A DNA stretch of 62,863 nucleotides, the filler included, from Conidiobolus incongruus B7586 (Eukaryota): the NCBI GenBank assembly GCA_000697335.1. It is 6 parts of 6 records of this genome, joined end to end, with 100 filler letters (N's around TTAATTAATTAA, not from the genome) between each part and the next. Parts side by side here need not be neighbours in the genome. Positions count along the whole stretch, not along the records: positions 32,844 to 50,420 come from JNEM01006487.1; positions 50,521 to 56,651 come from JNEM01006488.1; 4 more parts are not named here. One strand, given 5' to 3'. The position numbers were made by a program, and so were the translations under genes. The notes beneath the pieces were generated by a model, which saw only the letters and a program-made list of their open reading frames with translations, had not been told where the DNA came from and did not search any database. How positions within the stretch are numbered: the first letter of the stretch is position 1; the number at the start of each line of letters is the position of its first letter. Of the stretch, positions 43,121-56,751 are shown piece by piece.

Positions 43121-43550
43121 ATTATTTGCCTTTTATATTATTCTGAAAGTTGAGTTATTTAAGGTTATGAGGATCAGTGAAATCAGAATACTGAGGTTAA
43201 CAACTCATTACTCAATAGAAATTAATTTTTTATAAACATTTAAGTATTCATTAGTTAAAGAGATTTAAAATAAATTATCAAAATAAAAGTGCATTTTAAT
43301 GATTTACATATAAATAGTTTATTATATATATTTTTTACTTTTAGAAGAATCAACCATCATTTTCATTATATTTTAATTCAAAATCAGTCACAACCTAAAA
43401 CCATCCCATAAATCTTTAATATAATTATATAGAACATATTTGATATAAATTGAAAGTGACTTCAGTAATTGATTTTCCCTTTAACTAAAAATCAATATAA
43501 TCAATAAATTTTAATTTTTTAAAAAATAATATAATAAAAATTTAAATAAC

Positions 43551-44298
43551 ATGGCAGTAAATATCAATTACCAAAAATATTATATAATATAACAATAATT
43601 TTGACTAATTTCTAGATAAATTTTATCCTGCTAATCTCACGTCAGGGTAAAGTCCGTCTTAACAAGTGGTTCCAAACTATAAGTCTTAAGGAAAAAAATA
43701 AAATAGTTAAAGATGTAACCCAACTGGTGTTGGCAAGAAAACCCAAATTATGTAACTTTATCGAATATAAAGGTATTACTAATAATCCCAGTTTTTTTAT
43801 TTTAATTATTAATATTATTTTAGATACTAAATTAGTTTACAGAAGGTCTTTAACAACAACCAAGTACAATATAATAATTTCATTTAATTTTAAATTTTAG
43901 ATACGCTAGTTTATTCTTCATCGCAGGAATAGGACCCGATGATAACGAACTTATCACTCTCGAAATTTTACATCGATTCGTTGAAGTTTTAGATAAATAT
44001 TTTGGCAATGTAAATACGTTTATAAAATTTAAATTCGTTCTAATTATTGTTTAGGTTTGTGAATTAGATTTAATTTTTAATTTTCACAAAGTAATATAAT
44101 ATTTTTTTAAAAAAATGTTTTTAATAACTTTTTATATTTAATATTTGGATTATTTAGGCTTATTATATTCTCGACGAATTAATAATTTGTGGAGAACTGC
44201 AGGAGAGCTCTAAGAAATCCGTACTGAGAGTGATTACACAACAGGATACAATTGAGGAGAGTGAAAGAGTTGAGAAATTATGGCCAGATTTAAAGTAA
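43551..44298 (+). CDS. APS1: AP-1 adaptor complex sigma subunit
   Basis: Six exons (first 6 nt, third 22 nt), absent from the ORF track: [21 protein letters not shown]...VYRRYASLFF...[41 protein letters not shown]. Confidence 0.95.
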
Positions 44299-44467
44299 TT
44301 TGATTGATTCTAGTGAATGACAAAATATTAATTTTAATTTAGGAATGAATTCATGGGTCAATTATCTAATTTAAATTTGGACTGGAAGAAATAAGATTCG
44401 AATAAAGTTTACAAATATTGCATTATTGTATTAATTTCCAAAATTATCAATATTTTATTAATTTATT

Positions 44468-46376
44468 TTATTCCGTTTTGATTTTATCCTCCTCTTCAAA
44501 TTTTATAGTGAATTGTCTATAATTCAAATAACACCACATTACTACAAATTGTCCACAACTGAAAATAACATTAGTCACTGGATAAATATCTGGAAATCTT
44601 TTAGGAGGACTTAAAGTGTATTCCAAAATGTGGTGAGTGAGGCCGATTGCGTAACTAGTCTAAATCAATGTTAGTGTTGGGTGGATTCATGGTAGTGGTG
44701 GTGATGATAAAAGTGACTTACTAATTCAATACGATCCAAAAAAGATAACTTAGCTTTAAAAGGATTGGGAAATTGTTTGAGCCAGTTGTAAAATCCTAAC
44801 AATTGGAAGTAAGGTAGAACTAACTCATCTCTTTTGAGTAGTGGAAACATACTAAAATATCAAATTATTTAAGATTATTGAGATTATGAAATATTAAAAG
44901 ATTACCTAAAAGTAGCAATATTAGTAAACCACTGGACGAATTTGGGTTCGTCAACGCTCAACATCGTAATAGGTAAAAGAGGTAATAAGATAGTTTTTTC
45001 ATGAACTTGAAATGAAAGTAAAAAGAAGGATAATGATACGGTTGCTAAACTGTATATCAATCTTTTGGGATGAGGATTCATTAGCAAATTCAGTAAGGAT
45101 GGCAAACTTGACAGAAGTGTTGCAACAGCACTAGAGAGTGTTAGAGAAATTCTCATAGAATGGTAAAAATAAGTACCTCAATTTGGCTAATTGATCCACA
45201 CTAAATAAAGATCGCAATTTGATAATTACGTTTAGTGTGCACCATATATTGGCAACTTTATCTTCATAAAGACCCCGAGCTAATGGAAAGATTCTGATCA
45301 TGATTTGTTTTAATTGGTTCATATCGGTCAAGAATGGTAAAAACATAATAGCGAATGTACAGATAACAGTTAATCCAAGTTTAATTAATAGTAAACTGAA
45401 ATAATTAGTACCAGGCAATAAAAGATGAATAGAAAACTTACGGACTCCTCAATTTAATGCACTTGCCCAAGAGGTAGCAGAATACGGGTAATGCGTAATA
45501 TAAAGCCATTTGTTTGAAGCAAAGAGCTAAACAAAAAAACACCGAGCCCAAAACGTCGCGACCTTTGTGAAAGTTGACAACTGCCCACAGTGCAAATCCC
45601 AACATCACGCAATTATATCTAATTGTAACTATAAATCAACAGCCACAATTGTACAAATTAAAACTTACTGAAAATGACCATGATCAATCAAAATAAACCC
45701 AGGGTTCAAAATAGTTAAACCAATACCAATATTCTAACCCGCTTTATATTAATACCAACATTACAAATGATCAAAATTATTACCTCTAGTACAATATTCT
45801 TCTGAAGACGCCAAAACATCCAAACAGGAGGGAAAAAAGTCGCTAATTCCGTTAAAATAACTGATATTCTCATAAATACTTTTAATGTTGGGGTTTCTAT
45901 ACCGCGACTTGTGTTGAGAGCGACCCAAGAAGGATTAAACATATTCGCACTAAATCGGATTTAATATTTGAAAAAAAATTAAGAATAATAAGGTTACATT
46001 AAAGCCCACAACCAACTCCAATACGCTGTTAGGGGAGGATAATCCAACCCCCAATATTGTAAATCGTAAAAATACCAAAGTTTTGTAGGTAGATGTAATG
46101 TGATCTCCATCCAATGTCTCTGAGCTTCAAAATCTCCAAACATTGGCGGTTTTCCCTCACCTATCGGGATTTAGTCATGATATTAGTGAAGGAGTAGCGG
46201 GAGTTAAAATTACCTGAATAACCGTTGAGACCTACACAGAGTCGAACTAAGGTAGCGAAACCCATTAGCACTAGAGTGCCGAATGTGCTAAGGCGTTTGT
46301 CGAAGAAACGCATGAGTTGACCTAACGGAGTACTTGGAAAACGGTCGGGATTAGAGGGAGGTTTGTCAGATGTCAT
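44468..46376 (-). CDS. ALG6: Dol-P-Glc:Man9GlcNAc2-PP-Dol alpha-1,3-glucosyltransferase
   Basis: Multi-exon. [70 protein letters not shown]-terminal KIKTE ER-retrieval signal. Confidence 0.95.
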
Positions 46377-46695
46377 TTTAGTGTTTTTAGTGAGACTAGT
46401 TTTTAGAAATAATATTAATAAATTGATTAACCATTTAATTTTATAATTTTTAAATTTTAAATTATGGGTTTGTACAATTAAAATAAATTAAGAATTATAT
46501 TGATGAAATTTAAAATTATAATAGAAATTAGTAGTTTTAGAGTACAGTAAAATAGCCAATTAATCATCGAATAATGACCAATTCAAATAAATTATAAATT
46601 TTTAAAACAAATGAAAATAGTTATAGAATCATTATTTATTTCAAAAACTTATGATAATATAAAAATGTTTCAATTATATCAAAAAAATTGAAAAC

Positions 46696-48287
46696 TCAAA
46701 TGTTCAACTTTTCTAAAATTCCTGACTGTAACAAAATAGCTATAATTAATACTAAAATAGTAATTAATATTAATAACATATTTTGGAATCCTAAGAGAAA
46801 CATTAATATTTTTATCAATTATGAATGTAATCAATTACCTGTTGGGAACTCCTCTGGAATTCGAGTAATTCTAAAACTAGTATCAGTAGATCCCGACAAT
46901 AAGAATTTATCATGGGGTGAAAACTGCAGGGTTGTAATGGGGAAACCGTGGAGATTTTTGTAAGTAGCGTGAATCTACTCAGTGTTAGGATGTGGGAGTT
47001 TTAGAGGATATGCAAATTACCTTAAGTGTATTGGCATCAATAATTTTCACACTGAAATCAGATAAGGCTACAGCTAGGAGTTTGCCATCATTGCTAATTG
47101 CATATTAATATAATCCAATACGAATGATACTTGGAATTACCTCATTGCCATTGCAGTAATAGGTTTTAAACCGGTACTTTGAGTTCTTAAGAGTTCGAAG
47201 CCGTCAATTTTGAATTTACTAATGTAGCTGTGATCTTTGCGACGACTATTAATTGCTGCAAATAAATTGGATGATTGATCCCCTCTACCAAATCTATAAC
47301 ATATTTAATATCGATTAATTAACTATAAAAATGGGAAATTACCTCACAGCACGGTATTGGCATCTTGAGGTTTTCTTATAAATGGGAGGTTCCAAACTCT
47401 CGATCATTTCACCATCTTCCGTCTTAAAGATGTGGATTACTTTGTCAGAATTAGAAGCGAACTAAATCTCCATAAGTCCAAAATTCCATCATCGTATTGA
47501 TAAGCTTACCAAAGTTTCATCTTCATTGAAATCCCCATCGTCAATCATTTCGTCATTGCAGCGTTTAGAATTAATTTTGGGACGAAAGTTTTCAGTATTA
47601 AGAATAGAAACCTAATTAATGTTAATACTAGTAATGTTTAATTTGAATAAAATAAATACTTGGCCTTCAGCACTACCCAATAATAATAAGTCACCGGATT
47701 TACTAAATCTTGTTACTTTCTAACAATTTATTTAGTTCAAATAAAATATAATAATTGAATCAAATTACTTGGTATTCATCTTTAGAATTTGAAATTAAAA
47801 TCTTTTCAGATTGTGTTAACTTCAATCTAAACACTTTAATTAGTTTGTTATAAAACAATTAGCCAAATTATTTACTCGTTATTCTCAAATTTGAAAATTT
47901 TTAAACTTTGGTTGTTATTTTTTTCAATTTCTTCAGGTTTGGAATTAATACCACATGCTAATAAATTATCCTAAAAACTGGTTAATAAAAAAATATAATT
48001 GAAGTTAAAGGAATACTTTGGGATGATAACTACAGCTCATAGGACAGTCCTCCTCCCCACTGAGCTTCAACTCTTGTAATAATTCCAAATTATTGGTATT
48101 TAAATCAACTTTATAAACACACTAAAAAATATTAACATCTGGGTAATTGGGAATGCGTAAATTTTACCAAAAAGTTGGCAATTCCGGACCTACTGGAGCC
48201 ACCGCCACCCCCTACTACGAAAATGGTATCATCTAGCCAGCAACCGCAATAAATTGGACTCGATACTTTTTGGATAAGTTCTGTCAT
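46696..48287 (-). CDS. SEC12: Sec12/PREB-like Sar1 GEF (WD40 propeller plus C-terminal TM)
   Basis: Multi-exon, absent from the ORF track. N-terminal FVVGGGGGSSRSGIAN, WD-like repeats (HGFPITTLQFSPHDKFLLSGSTDTSFRI), terminal TM exon MLLILITILVLIIAILLQ. Confidence 0.87.
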
Positions 48288-48605
48288 TTTTGCTTATCAA
48301 CTGATAATTTATTTATAGTTTAAATTTATGATATTTGGAATTGAATAGATTAAAATAAATATTAATAATAAACATTATGGGAATTTTCAAATTTGAGACT
48401 TGATTACTCCAAATCGGTGAATTAGATGATGTCAAATATCGAATTAATAGAAATTTCAAGGAAATTCATTCATTCAATCTCCAATATAACCAATTACAGC
48501 TATTAACTCAATCAACACAATCAAATATAGTATAATTTAATAATTTGGATTTGATCACTGGAAAATGGTTAAAAATAATGTATAATTTGATTAATATAAA
48601 TTAAA

Positions 48606-48930
48606 TTACTCACTCATACCTTGACTACCATATTCACTCGATTTATGGAGAATCGTTTTTCTGATTTGAAAATTCAATCTAAATCCTTTACCCTTGGGAA
48701 AACCTCCAGAAGGAGGACTAGCATTTGCTTTCAACTTTCTTCCATCAACTTTGTGCTGAATAAGTTGCCTATATGTGGGCTGTGATCTGACTAGAATAAA
48801 ATCAATATTAATGAGATCTGGATCTGTTTTGTTCCATTTCACTACTTATTGTATTTCTACCCTTCCAATTAATTCCTCTTGCACCATCTGGTGACGTTAT
48901 TAGATAGGCATCCATTAAAGATGAAAGAAA
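48606..48930 (-). pseudogene. Probable pseudogene of a Kre9/KNH-like (Ser/Thr-rich GPI family) N-terminal domain protein
   Basis: AYLITSPDGARGINWKG [frameshift] VVKWNKTDPDLINIDFIL...KVDG...PKGKGFRLNF...ILHKSSEY. No intact signal peptide upstream. Confidence 0.4.
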
Positions 48931-48994
48931 TAACCACTAAAATTTGATTATTTAAATTTAATGATTTTGAATTGTAAAAATGCCAATTATAATA

Positions 48995-49760
48995 TACTAA
49001 TTGTCAGATCAGGTAGAAAGAGATGTCAAATTTTTAAATTTCTAATTTTTCAAACAATTTGTTAATTTAGAGAAATTTATTATATTCAAAATATAAATAA
49101 GAATTAATATTTTCAAACTATAGATATATATTCATTTATAACTATTTCTTTATTAAAATATTCTTGTTCAGAAATTTAAAGTTTGATTTGATGATATTTA
49201 AATTAGATAATAATTATTAAAAGTTTTTTAATATCATTAAAACTTAACTATAAACCTTATAAATCTTTTCAAGATTTGTAAAAAGTTTATAAAAATAATA
49301 GATTATTTAAAACTACCATTTAGTATTAGATTTCTTATATTGAAGCTAAAAGGGATATTATATAGAATTCATTAAAATTTAAAAATTCTAGTTTCTATTG
49401 TAATTTTTTCACTTATTAATAAAATAAATTAATATATCAAACGATTTATAATTATTCCAAATAATAAAATTATCAAAGCATTTTTATATTAATCATATAA
49501 GCATATTATATATCGTTTATAATAAAGGTAGTTTAATTAATGAATATAAAGTAAATTCCTTAAAATTTTATAAAATCCAAAATATTATAAATGGCTATAA
49601 TTAAATTAAATTGAATAAAGGTATATCTAAAAACAAAGGTTTTTGTATTATATTATTATAAATAGTATATTTGTAATATTTTTATATATTCCTTTACTTC
49701 AATATAATATTTAATATCTAGTTGATTTAAAATAATACCCATTATAAACTTTAATTTATT
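48995..49760 (+). mobile_element. Degenerate mariner, 5' part
   Basis: 49230-49700 colinear with 8000-8480 (AAACTTAACTATAAACC..., AAAACTACCAT..., GAAGCTAAAAGGGAT...). Confidence 0.75.
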
Positions 49761-49769
49761 AATAATTTA

Positions 49770-51020
49770 TTAATATAGTTAATTATAAAAATAAATATCT
49801 TTTATATTATTAATAAATTTTTGCCATATTTTTAGAAAATTTCTAATATTTAAAATATAGTTTTTTTATTTAAGTCTAAAATTTAATATTTCCCAAACTA
49901 ATTTAATTTTTTATCAAAATTTTCTTTTTTGTTGAATAATATTGAATTATTTAAAACAATTAAAATTATATGTGTTATAATTTAAAAAATATATTAGATA
50001 TGGTAATTATTTCTAATTATTTTGTATTCAAGAATTTTTATAGCTTTAGATTTATATATTTTGTAATTATTATATAAAATTATTGTTATATTTAAAAAAT
50101 ATTGAAATTATTAATTAAAAATAATTAAATTTAATAAAACAATATAAAGGTTATTATTAATTAATATCCCTTAAAGAATTAATTAAGAAAACTATATATT
50201 ATTTTAATTTATTATAATAATCAACATTTGTTAATTAATAAAATATTCAATTTCAGATTCAAATAAAAAAGTATTTTTTTTAAATATTAAAAGCTTATCA
50301 AAAATATCATATAGACTGATTAGAAATTAAACTATATATTAATTTTTTATTTTAACTTAATTTTATTCATTATTTATTAATAGTCTTATTGAAATTTTAT
50401 TTATAATTTATATTATTAAANNNNNNNNNNNNNNNNNNNNNNNNNNNNNNNNNNNNNNNNNNNNTTAATTAATTAANNNNNNNNNNNNNNNNNNNNNNNN
50501 NNNNNNNNNNNNNNNNNNNNTATATATAATATTTATAAGATATATATAAGATATTTTGATAATTCTTCAACTGAACTAAAAAAGTATCTTTTAATATATT
50601 TTTCAATTTTGGTAATAATTAAAAAAAATATAATTTATATTTATTTATTAATTATTAAATAATCAAATAATTTTGTCTTAGTTTTAAAATAGTTTATTAA
50701 ATAATAATAGTTAATTTATGTATTATTTTACTATTAAAAGTTGCTTATAAATTTTAAATAATTTTAAAGGGTTTATGGTTAAGCTTGATTAATACCCAAA
50801 TAAATAACTTTTGATGATTATTATTTAGTTTAAATATAATTAAATTTAATAACTAATTTTAAAACAATATTTATCAATCAATAAAATTACTATATATATA
50901 ATTTAAAACTATATTAACTTAGTATTAATTTTGTATATATATGTTTATTCAAAACTATTAATATATTTTAAAAGTCAGAAATTAAAAAATTACCTATATT
51001 TCTAAATTCAAGGGAATATT
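49770..51020 (-). mobile_element. Degenerate mariner apparently spanning gap 50421-50520
   Basis: Transposase 3' end on the minus strand at ~49790-50000, 5' end at ~50730-50800, TIR-like sequence at ~50970-51020. Confidence 0.65.
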
Positions 51021-52432
51021 ATTTGAAAAATTTATTAATTAATGATAATATTAATATTTTTATATTTTATAATTTAATTGATAATATATAATTTTTATAT
51101 TTTAATAAAAATAAAGATTTATAAGAATATATATTAATTATAAAAAAGTAAATTTAATTATATAAAAATATAATAGTCTATATAAATGGAGTTTAATATA
51201 ACAAACTGATTTAATATGTTTGTTAAATATTTAAAATTTATTTATTTTAATTTATTACATACAATTTAATAATTATTAATTTAGATTTTAATATATAATG
51301 TATATTTCAAATGATTAATGTTATTTTAATTAATTTACATTTATTATTATGGAAAATTTAAACTTTAATAATATTAATAATTTAATAGTTATTTATATTT
51401 ATTCTAAAATTTAAAAATAATAATAAACATTCGAATGACTTTACAAATATATTAATATTTCAGTCAAAAAAATTTGATTAATTGCTAAGTTGATTTAAAA
51501 TTGATAATATATTTCATATTATAAAATATTATTTAATTTTATTACATATTATAAATTTCAATAAATTCTATTTAATTTTGTTAATTTAATTAAATATAAT
51601 AATTTTTAAAAATAATAAAATTAAGCATATAAAATTATTAGTTTATATAAATTAATATTTATAGAATAATATAATTTTTTTAATATTTTATTTATAAAAG
51701 AATATAATTAGATACTATTATATTTAAAATTTTATTCACAATAATTTATTTTATTAAAGTAAAGATTGTGATTAAATATTATATTTAAATTGGAGTTTAA
51801 TATCACTCAGCATTGATAATTATCTTGGATATTATTTAACATTTAAACTTTAAATAGCAATATAAGATATAGAGTAATTGCTTTATTAAATAATATATAT
51901 TTTGAGAGCTGTTGATATACGTTAAGATTGATAATCATTAATTAAAAAATGATTAGCGCAATTAATTTAATGCAATATAAAGTGACATCATGCATTACAT
52001 AAATTCGATTTTAGATATTATATCTTAATATTATATTTTTTCAATTGGAATAATTATTTCAATTTAAAATTAACAAACAGTTATATATTGTATATTGAAT
52101 GAAAAGTAGGGTATATTCATAAAAATATGGCTTAGGTTAAAATATTATGAATGTTAAATAAAAATTGGTTAAGAATATATTTTGTTATTGAACATACTTA
52201 TTTTTTACTTTAACCATAAATTTAGTGATTATCAACTATTAAGAGTGACTATCATGATTTTAATAGATGGAAAATCCTTGAAATGCGCATGGTTATGACT
52301 TGAATTTAATATAATATGTTTGAGATAATGCAGAAATTGAAATGGTTTCTTATAAAAGAAGTGAATATGGTCAATCCTTTGGTTAGTAATCAATCAATTG
52401 ATTAAATTTAAATACATATCCAATATTACAGA

Positions 52433-53506
52433 ATGAAGACAAATCAAATTATCACATTCCTAGTTAGCTCTGTGTTCGCTAATAATGCTTTCCCAGAAAC
52501 ATCAAGCAATCAGCCATACAGCTTAATGCAACGTTTTAATGATCCTCAACCGCCTAAACCTGAAGTTCTCCAGCCACCAAAGGACAATGATGAAAATAGC
52601 GATATCTGGAAATTTTTACAAGCCCAGATGAATAATCCAGAATCCCAAGGTGGAGGAAACCTCCAAATGAGAGATCTACCACCAACATTTGCTGGTAGTA
52701 TTCCTGATATCCCAATACCCTATCAACCTAATCAAGAGTTCAAAAAAGGTGTTAATCCTAATCCTATTGCTCCTAAACCTCTATCAGGCGAAATTGAATC
52801 TAAAGATGGTCAGTTACATACTTTAGACTCTTTACCTCAAGGACCACCTATGCCTATTGCACCTGCTCAACAACAAATTAATGATAAGAAGCCTGAACCT
52901 GTTGTAAATAATGTTGTACCTATTTCGCCCAATTCTAGCCCTGTGTCTATTTCACCAAATACCAATCAGAATCCATATCTCATTGCATCTAATCCCAACT
53001 CCGCCCCCATCGCACCCAACCCGAACATTAATCCTGCTCCAATCTCACCTAACCCCAATACTAAATCCAACCCAGTATTTCCCAATTCAAATACATCACC
53101 TTTCCTTCCCAATCCATGGGGATCCATTCCTAATAATGGAATCCAAATCCCTATTAATGAGCAAATGATGAGTGCATATATGCAATTTGTTCTAAACTTC
53201 TTCAGTCAAATGTTCCCTAGCGGATTCTGGGGTGGCGGTCAAACCAGTAATCCCACCAATGTTGTGACTACTTTGTTCCAACCGAATCCCAATGGATGTG
53301 ATGCCGATTTTTGGACGAAGGCACTTAGTAACACAACTCGAGTCACTTCCACTGTCTATAAAAGAGGCGAAAAATTGTTCACAGTTGCCAAACATGCTGT
53401 CAAAGTACCTTGTGAGCCTATGACAAAGGATTATAACCCAAACAGAACTCAATTTCACTTTAAGGATGATAAGTGTACTGAATTCGATAGAGCTATTTGT
53501 GGATAA
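52433..53506 (+). CDS. Secreted Pro/Asn-rich protein with a C-terminal 4-Cys domain
   Basis: Signal peptide, P[IV][SA]PN[PS]N repeats, ~70-aa Cys domain shared with 54701-55140. TATAAAA at 52351. Confidence 0.9.
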   Translation: MKTNQIITFLVSSVFANNAFPETSSNQPYSLMQRFNDPQPPKPEVLQPPKDNDENSDIWKFLQAQMNNPESQGGGNLQMRDLPPTFAGSIPDIPIPYQPNQEFKKGVNPNPIAPKPLSGEIESKDGQLHTLDSLPQGPPMPIAPAQQQINDKKPEPVVNNVVPISPNSSPVSISPNTNQNPYLIASNPNSAPIAPNPNINPAPISPNPNTKSNPVFPNSNTSPFLPNPWGSIPNNGIQIPINEQMMSAYMQFVLNFFSQMFPSGFWGGGQTSNPTNVVTTLFQPNPNGCDADFWTKALSNTTRVTSTVYKRGEKLFTVAKHAVKVPCEPMTKDYNPNRTQFHFKDDKCTEFDRAICG

Positions 53507-54700
53507 ATCTATAAATTATGAAATTATTAATCAAATAAATATATTGAAATCATTATCAATTTGAAAATAATTAATAAATTGATGTTTAAAATTTAATAAA
53601 ACATTAAATTAATGACATTGAAATATAAACTAATTTATTTTAAAATGATATGATATTAAAAATTATATATAAATTTTCAATATGATTTATCCTAAATGAG
53701 TAATATTTTGATTAATTTGAATTTTCACTATTTTATCCGCTATTTGAATTAACAAATAAATTGAAAATTAAGGCAAATTATTATTATTTTGATTATTTCA
53801 ATTTATTATTTGATTATTATGCTTATAATAAATATTAAAATTCAGAAAATTATAATTATTATTTCATTTTGGTTATTGTAGATGAAACAACTCTATATGT
53901 TTTTTTGGACCATGCATTATATTTAAAAGTTGGATATTAAAATATTCATTTTCAAATTAATTGATATTAAACGTACCAATTTATAACTATAATTGAAAGA
54001 ATAATAAAAATATTTCTCAAATTAATTATGGTAGAAATTGAAAGAAATCGCTGATCATAAATAAAAAATTTTAATAGGATTACTGTACATTGTACACTCA
54101 TAATACACTCTATTTATTTTTTGAATGATTATCATTAATTTCAGATTGACTATTAGATGTATCATTCCATAAAGTCTTTATTTTTGCCTAAATACGATCT
54201 TACCCTAAATTCAAATTTTATACAAAATACATTTCAAATTGCTTAACTTCAATGTTAATTTGTGATTATGAATATTTCATTTAGTAAATATTTATAATTC
54301 ATACAAGGTTTTTTTAATTAACTCAACTATTTAAGTAACTTCCCAATATGATCAACAATTGAATGATCATCTTTAAACATTGTGACATTAATGTTGCAAA
54401 TCTTTAATCTATTTAAACATTAATTGAATTTGAAAATCATCATTGATAATTTATTATCTGTAAATAAATATGAAGCAAGAGTATTTATAACTAAAAATAA
54501 AACTATATTATGACATTACTTTATTCAATTATAAACTATCTCTACAACCTTTAAAATTATGGTTTAAAAGCATTATTTTTCCTTATTTCAGCCAATAATT
54601 TGAATTTCGTTTCAAATTGAGGTATAAAAACCCAATCAGTAGAATATTTATTCTAATAATTACATTTATTTTGTTTTTAGTTTTTTAAAAAAAACAAATT

Positions 54701-55140
54701 ATGATTAACCTTTCAATAAAAAAATTAATAATACTAGGCTTTTTAAGTATTAGAACAGTTTTAGCTAGTGAGAAACTTGATAATACTGAGGTAATATGAA
54801 TATTTGAATTATAATCCTAGATTAACACAATTATTCAAATACTTAGGACTCATCCAAAACTAATAAAAAGCCTCCAAGTAGTATTGAAGGAGCCGAAGCT
54901 GATAACTATTATAATGCACCTGACGCACCTTGTAACGAGGATTATTGGAATAAAAAATTACAAAATACAATTCGTATCAATAATTCTTTCTTTCGCAATG
55001 GAAAATTAGTGTCAGAAATTAAACGTGATCATGTCTTAGCCACTTGCGAACCAATGACCCGTAATTTCGATTCTGAGCGCTTGGCTCTATATTTTAAGGA
55101 TGATGATTGTATTGAGTTTGAGATGGCTAGATGTAATTAA
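54701..55140 (+). CDS. Secreted 127-aa paralog carrying the same 4-Cys domain (missed by the ORF track)
   Basis: Exon 1 54701-54790 (signal peptide), GT-AG intron 54791-54846, exon 2 54847-55140: ...PCNEDYWNKKLQNTIRINN...TCEPMTRNFDSERLALYFKDDDCIEFEMARCN*. Confidence 0.88.
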
Positions 55141-56751
55141 AGTTCAATAGAACAAGTATCATAGTTTGGTTATTAGGTCTAACAATATATACGATATCGG
55201 TTGCTTGTTACTCTTTCTTATTTTGGTTATAATGATCCCAAATAAAATATATCATCCTTAATACTAATAATTTTTCATTTACAAATTAATATGAATATTG
55301 ACTGACATTTAAATGGATTTCATATTTATAATCTTTTATCAAATTGATATAACTTGAGTTATAAAAATACTATTATTTTGTAAAAGAATGCTCCTATCTT
55401 ATAAATTTTTAAATCAAATAATTAATTATTCTTAAAAGTATAAAAGTTATTTTTTGGTTTCAATATCAAGGACATTTTATTACTTTCTCACTAATATTAA
55501 GTAATTTATTTTATTGAACTCAATTGCAAAGTCATTATACCGTTTGTTATATGGGGAATATTCCACTAGCACTACGATTTTATGTTGACAATTTGGTTTC
55601 AGATTAATATTTATTACAAAATAAGTGCAAATATTTTGTAAATACTGTTAGATAAAATATTTCAAATCAACAATATTTATAGTCGGGATTATTGTGTACT
55701 GAAATAATATCAATAATTATCTTATCAAACTGCTAAATATTTAATTAATTCCTTTGGAACATTAAGCACATACAATAGTTCTATAATACTTTTAATATTT
55801 AAATTGGGCACTTATGTCAACTCTTTTATATAATTATCAAAATCTATTTAATAATTAATTATATTCTTGAGGTAATTTCGACATTATTGAATATAATGCT
55901 TGTTTTATTTGTAAGCAATTGCTAGCATTCGAAAGTGTTTCGAATAACAGTCTTTTAATCATGAATCAAGTTCATTTTACTTTTTAGGTATATTTAAAGT
56001 TTAATAAAATTAATATTTAATCTATTATATAAAAACACTGTGCACTTATATTTGAAAACTAAAATATATTACTAATAAGATATTAATTATTTGAATTTGA
56101 TAGTTAATAATACTATTGAACTTATAATGGTTACTCAAATAGCTAACCACTAAAAGTTAGTGTAAATATAATAATAAAGAACTAATAATCATTTATAATA
56201 GGCTATAATCCAGCTAATATTTAATTGATTCAATAGTTATATAGTTATTAGCAATATTATATGTTAATAGATAATTTTGAAATCTGTTATATTTATTTTA
56301 TTATGATAGGAATATAGTATCAGATTTCATAATTTCATCATATAATTATATTAATCAATTAACTATTATTAGTAGTTTAAATATATAATTAAACCAATAT
56401 ATATATATATAGTTATATTTAAATAAATTCATTTAATTTTGAATTAAAAATATTTAATTAAGTATAAAAGTACTAATAATTAATCATCTATCTATTATAA
56501 TAAATATTTTATATATTAATCTTATATTTCAAAAAAACTATTTATAATATTAATTGATATAAAAAAATAACATAATAAAATATAGAAACTGACTATAAAG
56601 TATTGATATTATTTTTTTTATTAAATAAATATCTTTGTGAATTAAATCTTANNNNNNNNNNNNNNNNNNNNNNNNNNNNNNNNNNNNNNNNNNNNTTAAT
56701 TAATTAANNNNNNNNNNNNNNNNNNNNNNNNNNNNNNNNNNNNNNNNNNNN

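Noticed and set aside
46688..46963. 91-aa plus-strand ORF
   Set aside because: Antisense to the last SEC12 exons and intron.
52900..53110. Repetitive CCxAAT-rich DNA
   Set aside because: Explained by the Pro/Asn coding repeats, so not a separate DNA element.
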